Virus record (IMG/VR): IMGVR_UViG_3300023174_000156
Location: 4,396 to 68,395 of that record
Reading direction: 5' to 3' (one strand)
Length of the DNA stretch: 64,000 bases
Source of the DNA: a virus
Shown one piece after another: positions 52,423 to 63,314 of the stretch; position 1 is the first letter of the stretch; every line of letters starts with the position of its first letter. A program made the translations under genes and the position numbers. The notes beneath the pieces were generated by a model. The model was not told the DNA's origin, made no database searches, and saw nothing but the letters and a program-made list of their open reading frames with translations.

Positions 52423-53799
52423 TTATTTAAATAGGTCGGTTGATGTGAGGAAACGACCGCCCCATAGGGATTTCTGAACTTTTGAGGGTTCAAACTGCAC
52501 GATCTCGCCTAGATCGCCAGACTTGCGGAAAGCGGTGTCTTGCTCTACAAGATCTACACGCTTACCAAACTCATTGAAAACTCCCTTAACATTGTTTACT
52601 TCTGCAGATACGGTTTTAACCTCACCTGATACATTGTCAAGAGACTTGCTTAATGCAACTACCTGCTCATGAAGAGACTTAACGGTTGATGCTAGATCGC
52701 CAAAGGCATTTGTAAGAGAGTTTTTAATTTCTGCAACTGCCTCAACAATTGCTTCGTTAGATTTTTCAACAATAGTTTCTACTGTTGTTACCTCTCCCTC
52801 TTCTGTTTTTTCAACAGAAGAATCTGCACTACCATCTTCTGATTTAGCAATAGCAAGTTCTTCAACTGCTGGTGCTACCTCATCGACTGCAGCGGTTTCT
52901 GTTGCTTCTGCAACAATTTTTTCTGCTTCTGCAACTATTTCTTCAGTTGCTTCTGCAACAACCTCTGCTGGCTGTGCCTCTGGAGCGACCTGTACTTCTT
53001 CAACTGCAGTTTCAATTACTGCATCTGTTGCTTCAGTCATAGGACTAACCTCCTTTGTAATCTTAATTGTACTAATGCCTTTAGCACTATCAACTAAGAA
53101 CTTTATTGTTTCTGTGTTATTCTTATCGCCTTTTTCAATAAAGCCAATATTTTGCATTGGCTTACCAGATGTAGGGCTTACTTCATTATCAGACTCTGAA
53201 ACCATTACAATACCTGCTTCAGAATCCCAAAATACATTTTCAATTTCTGCCTTTGAAAGATATCCACCAATTACATTTTGACCATTGACCTTTTCAATGG
53301 AAACAATATTTGCAAACTGGTTTGCTGGATTATCAACCAATGACAACTCGTATAGATCATATTCTTTAATAATTCTAATGCTTTTCTTTAGATCGTCGTT
53401 ATATGCATCATCCCAATTTTTAATGTTACCGCCAATTGAAAAACCTTTATAGGTTCCATCTAATACTTTTTCCCATGCATCTTGTGCACCTTTTGAAACA
53501 TAAGCAGATACATAAACTCCACTATAAAACTTTTTTGTTGATGGATCAAAATAACGATCTTCTTTAAATGATACTATCTTTCCTACTGCGGATGGTTGGT
53601 GCATTTCTCTTAAGTTGCCCCTGAAATTTTTAAATGCTTCAACGCTAGATTCGGTTGTTACAATATCACCTTGCTTGTCAACATTATCAAGAGTTGCAAA
53701 GCCAGATACTATTCGGCGTTCTACATCTACCTTGCCAATAGGCATTGATAGACGAACACTGTCGCCATCAGTTTCCCAATGTGCTTTATTTATTAACAT
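52423..53799 (-). CDS. Prohead protease fused to acidic scaffold
   Basis: RIVSGFAT, VDKQGD, REMH, GFSIGG, ELSLVDNPAN; E/A/V-rich coiled-coil C-half ending VQKSLWGGRF. Confidence 0.88.
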   Translation of the reverse strand: MLINKAHWETDGDSVRLSMPIGKVDVERRIVSGFATLDNVDKQGDIVTTESSVEAFKNFRGNLREMHQPSAVGKIVSFKEDRYFDPSTKKFYSGVYVSAYVSKGAQDAWEKVLDGTYKGFSIGGNIKNWDDAYNDDLKKSIRIIKEYDLYELSLVDNPANQFANIVSIEKVNGQNVIGGYLSKAEIENVFWDSEAGIVMVSESDNEVSPTSGKPMQNIGFIEKGDKNNTETIKFLVDSAKGISTIKITKEVSPMTEATDAVIETAVEEVQVAPEAQPAEVVAEATEEIVAEAEKIVAEATETAAVDEVAPAVEELAIAKSEDGSADSSVEKTEEGEVTTVETIVEKSNEAIVEAVAEIKNSLTNAFGDLASTVKSLHEQVVALSKSLDNVSGEVKTVSAEVNNVKGVFNEFGKRVDLVEQDTAFRKSGDLGEIVQFEPSKVQKSLWGGRFLTSTDLFK

Positions 53800-53840
53800 A
53801 TCGTTATCCATTATACCAAACTATTTTATGATTATCTCAT

Positions 53841-55436
53841 TTACTGAGATGATCTACCCTCACCCTGTGCATTACGACCAGAGATGGTTGTTGGAGAGTC
53901 AGAGTTGTTATTTGTTCGTTCTGCATCTCTTTGACGACTACCTGCCAAGTTTGCCCTTGAGTCAGTTGCTTGACGTGGAGACATTACAAATGGTTCGTCA
54001 CCATCTACTCTTTGTGGAAGGTCTAACTTTTCACGAGCCTCATTTGGAGTCATAACCTGTGTTTTGACATATCGTTCAATAATTTGAGATTGAGCAATTT
54101 CGTCTGTTAAGGTTAACTCATTAAACTTAAGTTCAAGGATATCTGTCTTTTCTCTAATGATTTTATTAACAACCTTTTCAAGGTGCTTTTGTGCTGGACG
54201 AGATACTTGTTCTTTAAAAGTACGATCTTGTGAAAGGGCAGCCGCAATACCTGAATCTGCTCCACCAAGTTTAGAAATAGGTACTTGATGGGCAATAAGA
54301 ATATCATCTCTATTTTGTTTACGATATTCTTTAAATGATCCATCTTGAATACCATTCTCAATAGGCTCCATCTTAAACTCAACCTTATTGTTTTCTGTAT
54401 CTCCAGGAAGCGGGATATAAAGTGTTCTGTGTGACTGAGACTTAAGTCCAGTTTGCAAAAACCTAAACATCTTATCTTCTCCATCAGACGATAGTTTGGC
54501 ACCCTTTAAGGTTACAATATATCTTGGAACAGCCTTGTTTTCAAAGTAATCAATATTATATTGTGAAGCAAGTTGATCTCCAATTAGAGATGGCATTGCT
54601 GCAACAATGTCTGGAATTCCATAAAATGTATTTAATGGTGAGTATTCTTTATAGTGAATAATCTCGTTTGGACGTTTATCATTAGTCATTGGATTTGGAT
54701 TTTTAGCACCAAAGTTTCTAAAGTAAACTACTGAGTTTCCAATAATTTGAACAAAACCATCATGTAAACGACGTACACGAACTGTTGTTGCTGGAATATG
54801 ACCTACATATCCAATTTCACCAGTTACTGTTCTTCCTATTTCAAGGAACCCATTACCAGTAGCCTGAACATCTGTATAAAACTTTTCCATTGTTTTTGTA
54901 AATGAATCGTCATCGTTAAGGTTTTCTAGCCAGTCTTTTAATTCAAGTTTCATTCTTTCAATACGATTACGAGCACGATCAACTGCTGCTTGATCTTCGT
55001 TCATTTCAAACCTTAACATTGTTCTATCTGCAATATCAAAGCGGTAGCCAAGACCAACTACGTTTTCTACCTTAGCGTCAATAGCAGCATGGTTAGCAAA
55101 TGATGTGTCATAGAAGTTGGCTAGTTCATACATATTGTATGGAGGAGTAATTACGTCAAATAGTCCATATCCATTTCTATATACCGTGCCAGGATTGATT
55201 GCTTTTGATCCAGCATCTACACCAGATGGTGTTGCATTGGCAGAATCAAGATATTCATTTGTTGCAAAGGTCATTGCCTTTGTTACATTCCGTGCAGTTT
55301 TTCTACGAAAGTTTTGTTCTAATCCATTAAAATCTTTAAGTTGATCCCAAGACTTATTAAATGGATCTTGTTGTGCAAAAGTATTTTCTTGTTCTGGTTG
55401 TGTATTTAAACCAACTCTTACGTATTCTTCACTCAT
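53841..55436 (-). CDS. Portal protein
   Basis: TGNGFLEI.R, NEIIH, FYGIPD, YFENKAVP, MTPNEAREKL. Confidence 0.9.
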   Translation of the reverse strand: MSEEYVRVGLNTQPEQENTFAQQDPFNKSWDQLKDFNGLEQNFRRKTARNVTKAMTFATNEYLDSANATPSGVDAGSKAINPGTVYRNGYGLFDVITPPYNMYELANFYDTSFANHAAIDAKVENVVGLGYRFDIADRTMLRFEMNEDQAAVDRARNRIERMKLELKDWLENLNDDDSFTKTMEKFYTDVQATGNGFLEIGRTVTGEIGYVGHIPATTVRVRRLHDGFVQIIGNSVVYFRNFGAKNPNPMTNDKRPNEIIHYKEYSPLNTFYGIPDIVAAMPSLIGDQLASQYNIDYFENKAVPRYIVTLKGAKLSSDGEDKMFRFLQTGLKSQSHRTLYIPLPGDTENNKVEFKMEPIENGIQDGSFKEYRKQNRDDILIAHQVPISKLGGADSGIAAALSQDRTFKEQVSRPAQKHLEKVVNKIIREKTDILELKFNELTLTDEIAQSQIIERYVKTQVMTPNEAREKLDLPQRVDGDEPFVMSPRQATDSRANLAGSRQRDAERTNNNSDSPTTISGRNAQGEGRSSQ

Positions 55437-55800
55437 CGCTACCATACTTATCATAGGTTTGTCGTGCTGCTACCCAAGCACCATGATCATTCATGGAAGG
55501 AATTAAGCCATTCTTCATTCTATCTAACTGTTCAGAATGTTCTTCCTCGCTAATTCTTGTTAGTCCAGGCACGAATACTGCCTTTCCTTCTCCGTCATCG
55601 CCATAGTGTATTGCAACTTTTCTTAATTCTGCAATTTTAGAAATATCTCCACGCTCTGCTGGAATATTTAATATGCTGCCAGTGCCATCAGTAAACCAAG
55701 CACCATTAGACTTTTTGTACACGTACAAGCCCCAATTATAATCTTTTTCTATTACTTTGCGCCGTACATTGCCAACTTTTTTAAGAATCTCATTATCCAT
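55429..55800 (-). CDS. Hypothetical protein
   Basis: TATACT 7 nt upstream of ATG 55800; overlaps the portal start. Confidence 0.6.
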   Translation of the reverse strand: MDNEILKKVGNVRRKVIEKDYNWGLYVYKKSNGAWFTDGTGSILNIPAERGDISKIAELRKVAIHYGDDGEGKAVFVPGLTRISEEEHSEQLDRMKNGLIPSMNDHGAWVAARQTYDKYGSDE

Positions 55801-55818
55801 AACCATCAGTATACCATA

Positions 55819-58800
55819 TTACAGTGCTGAGGCAGTACTTATTGACCAACTAACATCTTGATATATTTTCATTTTGTCTGAGTCTAGACTTAAGCCATTA
55901 TCATCATCAAATACTATTTTATTTGTTCCAAGATAGGTTTTGTATACCTCTGAAGGGTTTACGCCATATAAGTCTGTTGATCCTATTACTAATACCCTAT
56001 TCCATGTAAAATCATTGCTAGAGTAATATCCCCATGTAAAGTTTGTTGCTCCGTCTGTTTTAACCCTTATCCAAGGTCTTGTTATTGTTTTTTGGACTTG
56101 CTGTAAATTATTTGCTTGGTAGAAAGAAACGTTATTGGATAACACTGGACCATTAATATTTATTGAGCCTAAGAATTCGTCAAAGTCAAGGGCAGAGGCA
56201 AAGGATATGCCTAAAACCCCCCACTCTTTAGATGTTAAGACTGGTTCTCTAACTACAGATCCATTCCAATAATAAACCATATCATCAATTACTTGATTAT
56301 TTAAAAGACTTTTTGCAAAAACCCTTGCCCTTAACCCTGTATCGCTATCTGCTGCTATATAGAACTTTATGGTATCTTGCTTATATACAATTTCAAATAA
56401 CTCTGTCGGAACTGGTGGAAACTCTGTTTCAGAATATCTAAGCCACATTTGAACAGCACTTACCAAGTATTCTGAAGATAATGTTTGGTTTACTGGCAAA
56501 GAAATTCCACGACTCTCTAAAGATAATATTTCTCCACGTACCTGAATTCCAGAATCTTTTGTTAAGTATAGGTATGGGGTACTTCCCTTATAAATAGTAA
56601 ATGGATTCTTAGACTTATAATCATAATAAATACCAGAGCGTTTATATGGAAATAGATCAACGCCAAATCTTGTGCCAATAGGGTTAAATGAATTATCATT
56701 AAATGCCTGAGAAGCAATCTCTAACTTACTTAATAAAACTGGTTTATTCAATATTCCACGAACATTAAACTCTAAATGGTAAACAATTGCCAACTCGTTA
56801 AAATCTACAGTTTTTGTTGGATAAATTAGCGCATTGTTAACAACTTCAAATTTTGTTGTTTCCCAATTTGGATGCTCATCAATATCTATAATTGAATCAC
56901 GGAAAACTGGCTCAGTTGTTGTAAAGTTACTATCAAGTAGGTTTGCCCCATCCTGTACATACTGCAAAGTTACATAACTTTTAATTACAGAGTCAGTAGT
57001 GTCATAGGTATATGTCTTAATAGCCCTTTGTTCTGCATCCTGATAGTTATTCCAACCAGTTAATAACTGATTATCAAAATCATAATATGTTTTTTGTATT
57101 GGCTGAAAATAACTTTGATATAAGTCTGCATATGTCCAAGAAGAAGTAACCTCTTCTTCAACTAATGTTGTAGGGGATGGAGCAGCAATATTAAATTGTA
57201 AAAAATCTAAATCGTAGAACTGATTTCCAACATCATTGGCTACATATTGACCAAAGTATGACAGTGGAAGATAGTCTTGCCATGATCCAGAAACTCCTAT
57301 ATCTAAGAAATATGCGCCATAAGACTCTAATGGCAAGAGCGTATAACTTGCTAGGTGCTCAAATAAAGCAATTGCATTTTCTTCTTCTGTGACTCCGCTA
57401 ACCGATAAATCGTCAAATGTTGCAATACCGTCGCTATTAAAATAACTAGATATTAATAGTGAATTTTTTAATGTTGAAAAGCCAACTGAATATGTCCTTC
57501 CTAAAAATGTTCCTGATAAGGATCCATCTCCCGCAACATATAATTTTAAAGAGTTTCTATTCCCAAAAAATGTAGCAACATTTCCCCCATAAGTATCTAC
57601 TAAAGAACTTATATTAACGCCTACAGAAAATAATTGATGCGCTTCAATTGCTTCTGAAGTATATATAATTTCGTCTACTCCATTATAATTTAAGACATAA
57701 GAAAGTACATCTTCATCTTGTTGAATTATAAAGTAGTTGTTGTTAATTGAATTATATATCTTAAATAGTGTTTGAGTAGAGTCAAGATTATGATTACTAA
57801 ATACTCCATAAAAAGCAGCAATTTGGCTATTTAAAATATTAAAATTTGTAAAGTTAAAGTAACAAGTTTTTGCGTTCCAAGAGTTATTAGGTCTAAAAGT
57901 AACAAATTTATAGTCATTGGCTGGACCAGACTCTTGGCTTTGGATTGTTTTATTGTCATCGTACAATTCTTTTAAAGTTTTATTTGATAAATATATTTCT
58001 GGCAAAGAATATTCTGGTGTTCTTAATACTTTTGATGTTGTTGTTAGGTTATCAAAAGAACCTTGTTGCCATTCAGCAAAGTCTGGATAAGTATAGTTAG
58101 CAGTATAGTCTGCAAATGGATAGTCAATAAATGCTGCAGTACCTCCATATGCTGAGTTTATTCCTTCAGGAGATGTAACTCCTTGACCATATACCCATCT
58201 TCTTTTTGCAACATTTATAGGAACTTGATATGAGTATATTGCAATACAGTCAATATCTACTGGATTAATATCTGAATAAGAATAAAATCCTAACCAATCT
58301 TGATTTTTATTTGACCCATCATATTCGTCTGGTAAAATTAAATTGTCTGTTTCTATAACTAAAGAAGCAACTTCTTCACCATTAATAATTAAAGTAGCAG
58401 CATTTCTAATTAGTCTTATCTGAATAAGCATTGGTCTAAACCATTCTCCAACGTAATGAGAAACAAAGTAATCACCAATTACTAAAGTTAAAAATCCGTT
58501 ATCTGCATATAAACCATCATTTGATGCAATTGGACCAAAGATTTTTTTAGATGTTGCAGAATCAGAATTTATTCTTAACCAAAACTCAACAGTATATTCT
58601 TTATGCTGACCTACTTTATTTAAAAATCCCTTACCTGGAATAATTAAAGAGGGTTCTCCATTTGGATTTGGACTAAGTGTTGTAACATTTGATGCGCCAT
58701 ATACTAGTGGAACGCTAGTGTTTTTCGCAAGCAGTCTATTATCTGAAACTATATAATATGCAGCATCTCCAGATAATCCATATGCTGGTGAAGATACAAC

Positions 58801-59457
58801 TTGTGTTGAATCTAGTGCAATTGTTGCAGGCATTGAGACTGGTGTAAGACCAAGTGATGAATGGTTAAATTCTTCCGACCATTGACCAACTGTAACTCCA
58901 TTTATATAGTATAAGTAGTCTGCTGGAACTGATCCACCAGTAGTAGATGTAATTTTTATAACTACTCTAAATTCTGTATTTTCACTAATAATTTCAGATG
59001 TTTGAGAAAGAAAAATCCATTCATTTGTAGAGGTTATAGAATATGTTTTTAGTTTTTGAACTATAGAAGCAGTTGTTGTATCTGTGTATTCAAAACCAAT
59101 AGAAACAGAATCTATATACTGGCTATCAGCATATATGTGGGCACCTACGCAAAAAGTTCCCATGCTGTTATTTAAATCTGAAAAATTTATTAAATCTGGG
59201 CTAATACAAACAATATCTCCAGTGCCAGAAGGAGGGACGTCACTTAATAATTTATTAACTTCTATTGTAGGAAAAGGAGCGTTAACATCTGATGTTTCTA
59301 AAGACGAAGTTCCCCCAGTTACCGTCCAATAATTATCTATATCTTGATAATCTAAGTCTATTAAACTAATATAGTCAATTGCGCCATCTAATGCCCATAG
59401 TGCTAGTGGGTGTTCTGCAAATATTTTTTCTGCATACAAATTTGATGGGGTAGACAT
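55819..59457 (-). CDS. Large virion structural protein (LamG/ConA-like segment)
   Basis: AEHPLALWALD; YTVEFWLR..LIINGEEV..IDCIAIY; AGGAG SD and TGCTATAAT promoter. Confidence 0.6.
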   Translation of the reverse strand: MSTPSNLYAEKIFAEHPLALWALDGAIDYISLIDLDYQDIDNYWTVTGGTSSLETSDVNAPFPTIEVNKLLSDVPPSGTGDIVCISPDLINFSDLNNSMGTFCVGAHIYADSQYIDSVSIGFEYTDTTTASIVQKLKTYSITSTNEWIFLSQTSEIISENTEFRVVIKITSTTGGSVPADYLYYINGVTVGQWSEEFNHSSLGLTPVSMPATIALDSTQVVSSPAYGLSGDAAYYIVSDNRLLAKNTSVPLVYGASNVTTLSPNPNGEPSLIIPGKGFLNKVGQHKEYTVEFWLRINSDSATSKKIFGPIASNDGLYADNGFLTLVIGDYFVSHYVGEWFRPMLIQIRLIRNAATLIINGEEVASLVIETDNLILPDEYDGSNKNQDWLGFYSYSDINPVDIDCIAIYSYQVPINVAKRRWVYGQGVTSPEGINSAYGGTAAFIDYPFADYTANYTYPDFAEWQQGSFDNLTTTSKVLRTPEYSLPEIYLSNKTLKELYDDNKTIQSQESGPANDYKFVTFRPNNSWNAKTCYFNFTNFNILNSQIAAFYGVFSNHNLDSTQTLFKIYNSINNNYFIIQQDEDVLSYVLNYNGVDEIIYTSEAIEAHQLFSVGVNISSLVDTYGGNVATFFGNRNSLKLYVAGDGSLSGTFLGRTYSVGFSTLKNSLLISSYFNSDGIATFDDLSVSGVTEEENAIALFEHLASYTLLPLESYGAYFLDIGVSGSWQDYLPLSYFGQYVANDVGNQFYDLDFLQFNIAAPSPTTLVEEEVTSSWTYADLYQSYFQPIQKTYYDFDNQLLTGWNNYQDAEQRAIKTYTYDTTDSVIKSYVTLQYVQDGANLLDSNFTTTEPVFRDSIIDIDEHPNWETTKFEVVNNALIYPTKTVDFNELAIVYHLEFNVRGILNKPVLLSKLEIASQAFNDNSFNPIGTRFGVDLFPYKRSGIYYDYKSKNPFTIYKGSTPYLYLTKDSGIQVRGEILSLESRGISLPVNQTLSSEYLVSAVQMWLRYSETEFPPVPTELFEIVYKQDTIKFYIAADSDTGLRARVFAKSLLNNQVIDDMVYYWNGSVVREPVLTSKEWGVLGISFASALDFDEFLGSININGPVLSNNVSFYQANNLQQVQKTITRPWIRVKTDGATNFTWGYYSSNDFTWNRVLVIGSTDLYGVNPSEVYKTYLGTNKIVFDDDNGLSLDSDKMKIYQDVSWSISTASAL

Positions 59458-59492
59458 ATTTCTCCTATCCCCTTATTATAGCAGGATGGGAA

Positions 59493-61523
59493 CTAATATA
59501 ATTTAATCTCACATGCGTCTGTTGAACAATATTTTTCAGATTCAGCATCAAGATTATCTTTGCCATCGTAAATAGCAGACCAATCAATTTTGCCAATTGT
59601 TCCAACATAAGAGTTATATTCTTCTCTTGTTATCTGAGTATATGGTTGTTGTGGATATGTCTGGTTGCCCATTGGTAAAAATGATACTGCCTTTAACTGC
59701 CCTTCGTACATATGAAGTGCTGGAGCAATATGCTTAGACTCTGATTCTTTATCAAAAGAAAGAGTTACAGATACGCCATTGTCAGACCAATACTTTTGAG
59801 CAGTAGCAGCCAAACCAATCTTTTCAAAAAGACTTACATCTTTCTCAGATCTTGGGTGTCCAGATGCTACTGGGAAATATACTACTGAAGTATTTGCAGA
59901 TACTAGATCGTCTTCAATTTTATACCCTGCTGCTTTAAATAAATGAAGCATTGGATCTGTATTTCCAAACCTAATAGCACGAAGATAGAATGCTCCTCCA
60001 GGACCCCAATGAACTCCAGGGGTTGCACCAGAAAGTAATGATACAGAGCCAGAAGGTTTGACGGTAGTTACACGAATTGATTCACGTACACATAGCCATT
60101 CTGAATATGAGTGATCGTATGAGCGAATCTTTTTATACCCTTCGTCCATCCATTCACGAATTACTGGCATGCCTTTTGTATCTGCAAATGATGCAATGCC
60201 AGTTAGAGATGTTCCAATACGACGATTACGTTGCATAATTCCATTTGTGGTTTGCCAATGTGTTGGCATTAATGTAACTGTTTTGCCATATAGATATGCA
60301 AACTTTAGTGTACGAAGAAAGTCTTCTCTGTCTTCATGACGATTTAAATGAACTTCTACGAGAGTGCATAATTCATAACTTTCTAAAGGTTGTTCGGCAC
60401 AAGGATTGAATCCCATAACACGGGAATCTTTATAGTCTGCAGGATCTGCTAGTCTTCCATAATCTCTAGCAACATCTAGCCAAATAAATCCTGGCTCACC
60501 ATTGTCTGCAATTAAATTAACATAGTCTTCATACTTTGTTCCAACTTCTGCAGCGATAGAATTATTAGACATCCAAGCCCATCCTGGATTTTTTGAATCA
60601 AAAGAGTTTCTATCTGGAAAAACGTCTGCATTTTTTAAATTAATAAAATCTTTGTCTTCTGGTAGTCCTAAAGCCAAGGTAGCAGAACGACGAACATTTC
60701 CAGACACAACACATGTACCAATAAGGTTAACAATATCTACTATTGCCCTAGAATCAAGTTTTTCTCCTGCTCTACCGCCGATTACTGCATCTATCTTGTT
60801 ATGTAGTGCAATAAGTGGTGCTGGACCGCTAGCAACCCCTCCAAAGCCTTTTATAGGGGCACCTAGAGGACGGATAAGGTCATAGTTAAACTTCTGTATA
60901 GCCTGATTAGGGCGTAGATATGAGTTTAAAAGCATTCTTACAGAGTCTACCCAGCCTTCACGAGTATCTGGAATTTCCCATACATTTTCTGGTTCTGTTG
61001 GGGCATAAATAGGCATCTCTTTGTCTTGACCAATAGTGTCAAACCCTACACCTATACCTAGCATTAAGGCATCCATTACCCATGCAAATAAGGCTCCTGG
61101 ATCATTACGATCAATATCACGAGTAGAGACCATGGCACAATTTTGAAGGGAAGCAGAGTTACGTTTTTCCATAGTCATAGGGGTTCCAAATGCCCAAAGA
61201 CCACGACCTGGTGGAGTCCACTTTAAGTTAAACATTCTGTCATAGGCTTCTTGAGCAGACTTTTGAGCCTTGTTATCATTCCATGGGAGCCTATTATCTT
61301 TGGCGTGGTTTTTTTGTACTGAGTACATTCCTTCAATTACCCGCTTGCAAACCTCATGCCATCTTTCTTTTGTTCCGTCTTCTTTCATACGAGAATAAGT
61401 TCGTATAAAAGTAATTTCACCTAATGAGTTAGAGCCTGCATCTGTAAAACCAAAAGGTGCTGACACTCCAACATACTTATTTACGAATTCATCTGTTAAA
61501 CGAAAAGAAAAGATATCTGACAT
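59493..61523 (-). CDS. nrdJ: Class II (adenosylcobalamin-dependent) ribonucleotide reductase, RTPR type
   Basis: PPGRGLW, LQNC, GNVRRSA, NPCAEQ, CTLVE, TTVKPSG, C-terminal CSTDAC. Confidence 0.92.
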   Translation of the reverse strand: MSDIFSFRLTDEFVNKYVGVSAPFGFTDAGSNSLGEITFIRTYSRMKEDGTKERWHEVCKRVIEGMYSVQKNHAKDNRLPWNDNKAQKSAQEAYDRMFNLKWTPPGRGLWAFGTPMTMEKRNSASLQNCAMVSTRDIDRNDPGALFAWVMDALMLGIGVGFDTIGQDKEMPIYAPTEPENVWEIPDTREGWVDSVRMLLNSYLRPNQAIQKFNYDLIRPLGAPIKGFGGVASGPAPLIALHNKIDAVIGGRAGEKLDSRAIVDIVNLIGTCVVSGNVRRSATLALGLPEDKDFINLKNADVFPDRNSFDSKNPGWAWMSNNSIAAEVGTKYEDYVNLIADNGEPGFIWLDVARDYGRLADPADYKDSRVMGFNPCAEQPLESYELCTLVEVHLNRHEDREDFLRTLKFAYLYGKTVTLMPTHWQTTNGIMQRNRRIGTSLTGIASFADTKGMPVIREWMDEGYKKIRSYDHSYSEWLCVRESIRVTTVKPSGSVSLLSGATPGVHWGPGGAFYLRAIRFGNTDPMLHLFKAAGYKIEDDLVSANTSVVYFPVASGHPRSEKDVSLFEKIGLAATAQKYWSDNGVSVTLSFDKESESKHIAPALHMYEGQLKAVSFLPMGNQTYPQQPYTQITREEYNSYVGTIGKIDWSAIYDGKDNLDAESEKYCSTDACEIKLY

Positions 61524-61599
61524 TTATGTTCCAACTTTCTATTAAAATATTATAAGTACTTTGAAAATTACAAAGTAGTGTTAAGTATATCACAAAATT

Positions 61600-61631
61600 A
61601 AAAAGAAAAACACGCTTGTTTAAGGCGTGTT
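61600..61631 (-). terminator. Intrinsic terminator after the tail fibre gene
   Basis: AACACGCCT-TAAAC-AAGCGTGTT followed by TTTCTTTTT. Confidence 0.75.
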
Positions 61632-61672
61632 AATCTCTAGTTTAGAGTTAGTGCTTTGTATTTTATAAAGTA

Positions 61673-63277
61673 CTATGCACCAATCAACATTAGTTCGCTA
61701 AATGCTGCACCTTGTGCTGGTGTTGACCAAGAAAGTGTGCCAGAACCATTTGTTTTTAAAACTTGATCAGCGGATCCATCTGCGGAAGGAAGTGTCCAAA
61801 TTCTGTTTGTTGACACAGTTCCTGGAGCCTTAAAACCAACATAATGGCTTGAATCTGTATCTGCAAGTCTTAATTCTGCTGTAGCGTTAAGAGTAAATGC
61901 TGTTGTTGCTACTGGACTTGATAAAGTTGGAGAAGATGCAAATACAAGTGATCCAGATCCAGTTTCATCTGTTATTGCAGATGCAAGGTTTGCGGATGAT
62001 GGTGTGCCAAGGAATGTAGCAATACCAGTTCCAAGCGATGTTATTCCTGTACCGCCATTTGCTACTGGAAGAGTTCCAGTTACACCAGTAGAAAGAGGGA
62101 GACCAGTTACATTTGTCATAGTACCAGATGCTGGGGTTCCTAGCGCTGGAGTAGTTAATGTAGGACTTGTAAGAGTTTTGTTTGTAAGAGTTTCTGAAAC
62201 ATCTTTTAACAATGTACCGTTTAGATAAAGTGACTTTCCAGATGCTAAGTTAATATGCTCCGATGAAGTCCAAGCGTCTGTAGCGTCAACCCAGTTAAAG
62301 GTTTTGTCAGTTGCGCCCTTAAGTGTAATACCTCCGCCATCGGCAGTTGTATCTGTTGGGCTTGCTGCATCTCCAAGAACAATATTTTTGTCTTCAACAA
62401 CAAGGTTGGTTGAATTAATATTTGTAGTTGTTCCATTAACTGTTAGGTTTCCAGAAAGAGTTAGGTCTGTTCCTGATATTGCTCCAGTAAAAGTTGCTCC
62501 TGATAGTGATGCTTTAGCAGCAAGATCTGTGGTTAAATCTGCAATCTTAGATTGAGCAATTGCAGCAGAAGCATTAATATCTCCGTCTACAATAGTTCCA
62601 TTAGCAATCATTGTTGATGTTACTGTACCAGTATCACCTGTAGTCACAAAGTTAGAGTCTGAAAGTGCTGTATTAAATTCTGCAGTAGTTCCAGTTAATG
62701 TATTTGATGTTAATGAAATTGATTTATTTGAAAGTGTTTCTGTTTTTGATGCTGTTGACTTAGCGTCTAATTGTGTTTGAATAGCAGATGTTACGCCATC
62801 AAGATATCCAATTTCAGTATCGGAAACACCTGAAACTCTAGCCTGAATTGTTGTGGTGTCTACTGCTAAAGTTAATGTGTTTGCAGCATCGTTATAAGTC
62901 TTTGTTATGCCTGTACCCGCAGTAAGAGCGGTATCAATAGCATCTTGTGAAAGTTCTGCAATGTCAGATGTGAGGGCTACTGTACCTGTTGCATCTGGAA
63001 AAGTAATTGTGCGATCAGCAGTTGGGTCTGTTACCTGTAAGGTAGTCTCGTAAGAATCGGCGGTAGCACCTTCAAAAACAATGCTTGTACCAAAAGCAGG
63101 ATTTACTGTAGAGTTAATATCGGCAAAATAGTCTAGATCTGCCCAGTGATTTGTTCCATCACCAATTTTAAATTTATTTGTGTCTGATTCCCAACCCATT
63201 TCACCAGCATTTAATACTGGATTTGCAGATGTCCACTGTGAAGCGGTTCCTCTGCGTTGCTGCATTCTGGTTGCCAT
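61673..63277 (-). CDS. Tail fibre protein with Mtd_N-like N-terminus
   Basis: [35 protein letters not shown]; [10 protein letters not shown] and LPVANGGTG repeats. Confidence 0.8.
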   Translation of the reverse strand: MATRMQQRRGTASQWTSANPVLNAGEMGWESDTNKFKIGDGTNHWADLDYFADINSTVNPAFGTSIVFEGATADSYETTLQVTDPTADRTITFPDATGTVALTSDIAELSQDAIDTALTAGTGITKTYNDAANTLTLAVDTTTIQARVSGVSDTEIGYLDGVTSAIQTQLDAKSTASKTETLSNKSISLTSNTLTGTTAEFNTALSDSNFVTTGDTGTVTSTMIANGTIVDGDINASAAIAQSKIADLTTDLAAKASLSGATFTGAISGTDLTLSGNLTVNGTTTNINSTNLVVEDKNIVLGDAASPTDTTADGGGITLKGATDKTFNWVDATDAWTSSEHINLASGKSLYLNGTLLKDVSETLTNKTLTSPTLTTPALGTPASGTMTNVTGLPLSTGVTGTLPVANGGTGITSLGTGIATFLGTPSSANLASAITDETGSGSLVFASSPTLSSPVATTAFTLNATAELRLADTDSSHYVGFKAPGTVSTNRIWTLPSADGSADQVLKTNGSGTLSWSTPAQGAAFSELMLIGA

Positions 63278-63314
63278 TTATACTCCTTTGGTATGTATAT
63301 ATTATAACAGATAA

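Noticed and set aside
61555-61585. NrdR box upstream of nrdJ
   Set aside because: ACACTACTTTGTAATT matches only the left half of the consensus, with no tandem second box
61673-63277. Diversity-generating retroelement target (Mtd-like N-terminus)
   Set aside because: No reverse transcriptase and no template/variable repeat pair seen in the window; the Mtd_N-like domain is common in ordinary fibres
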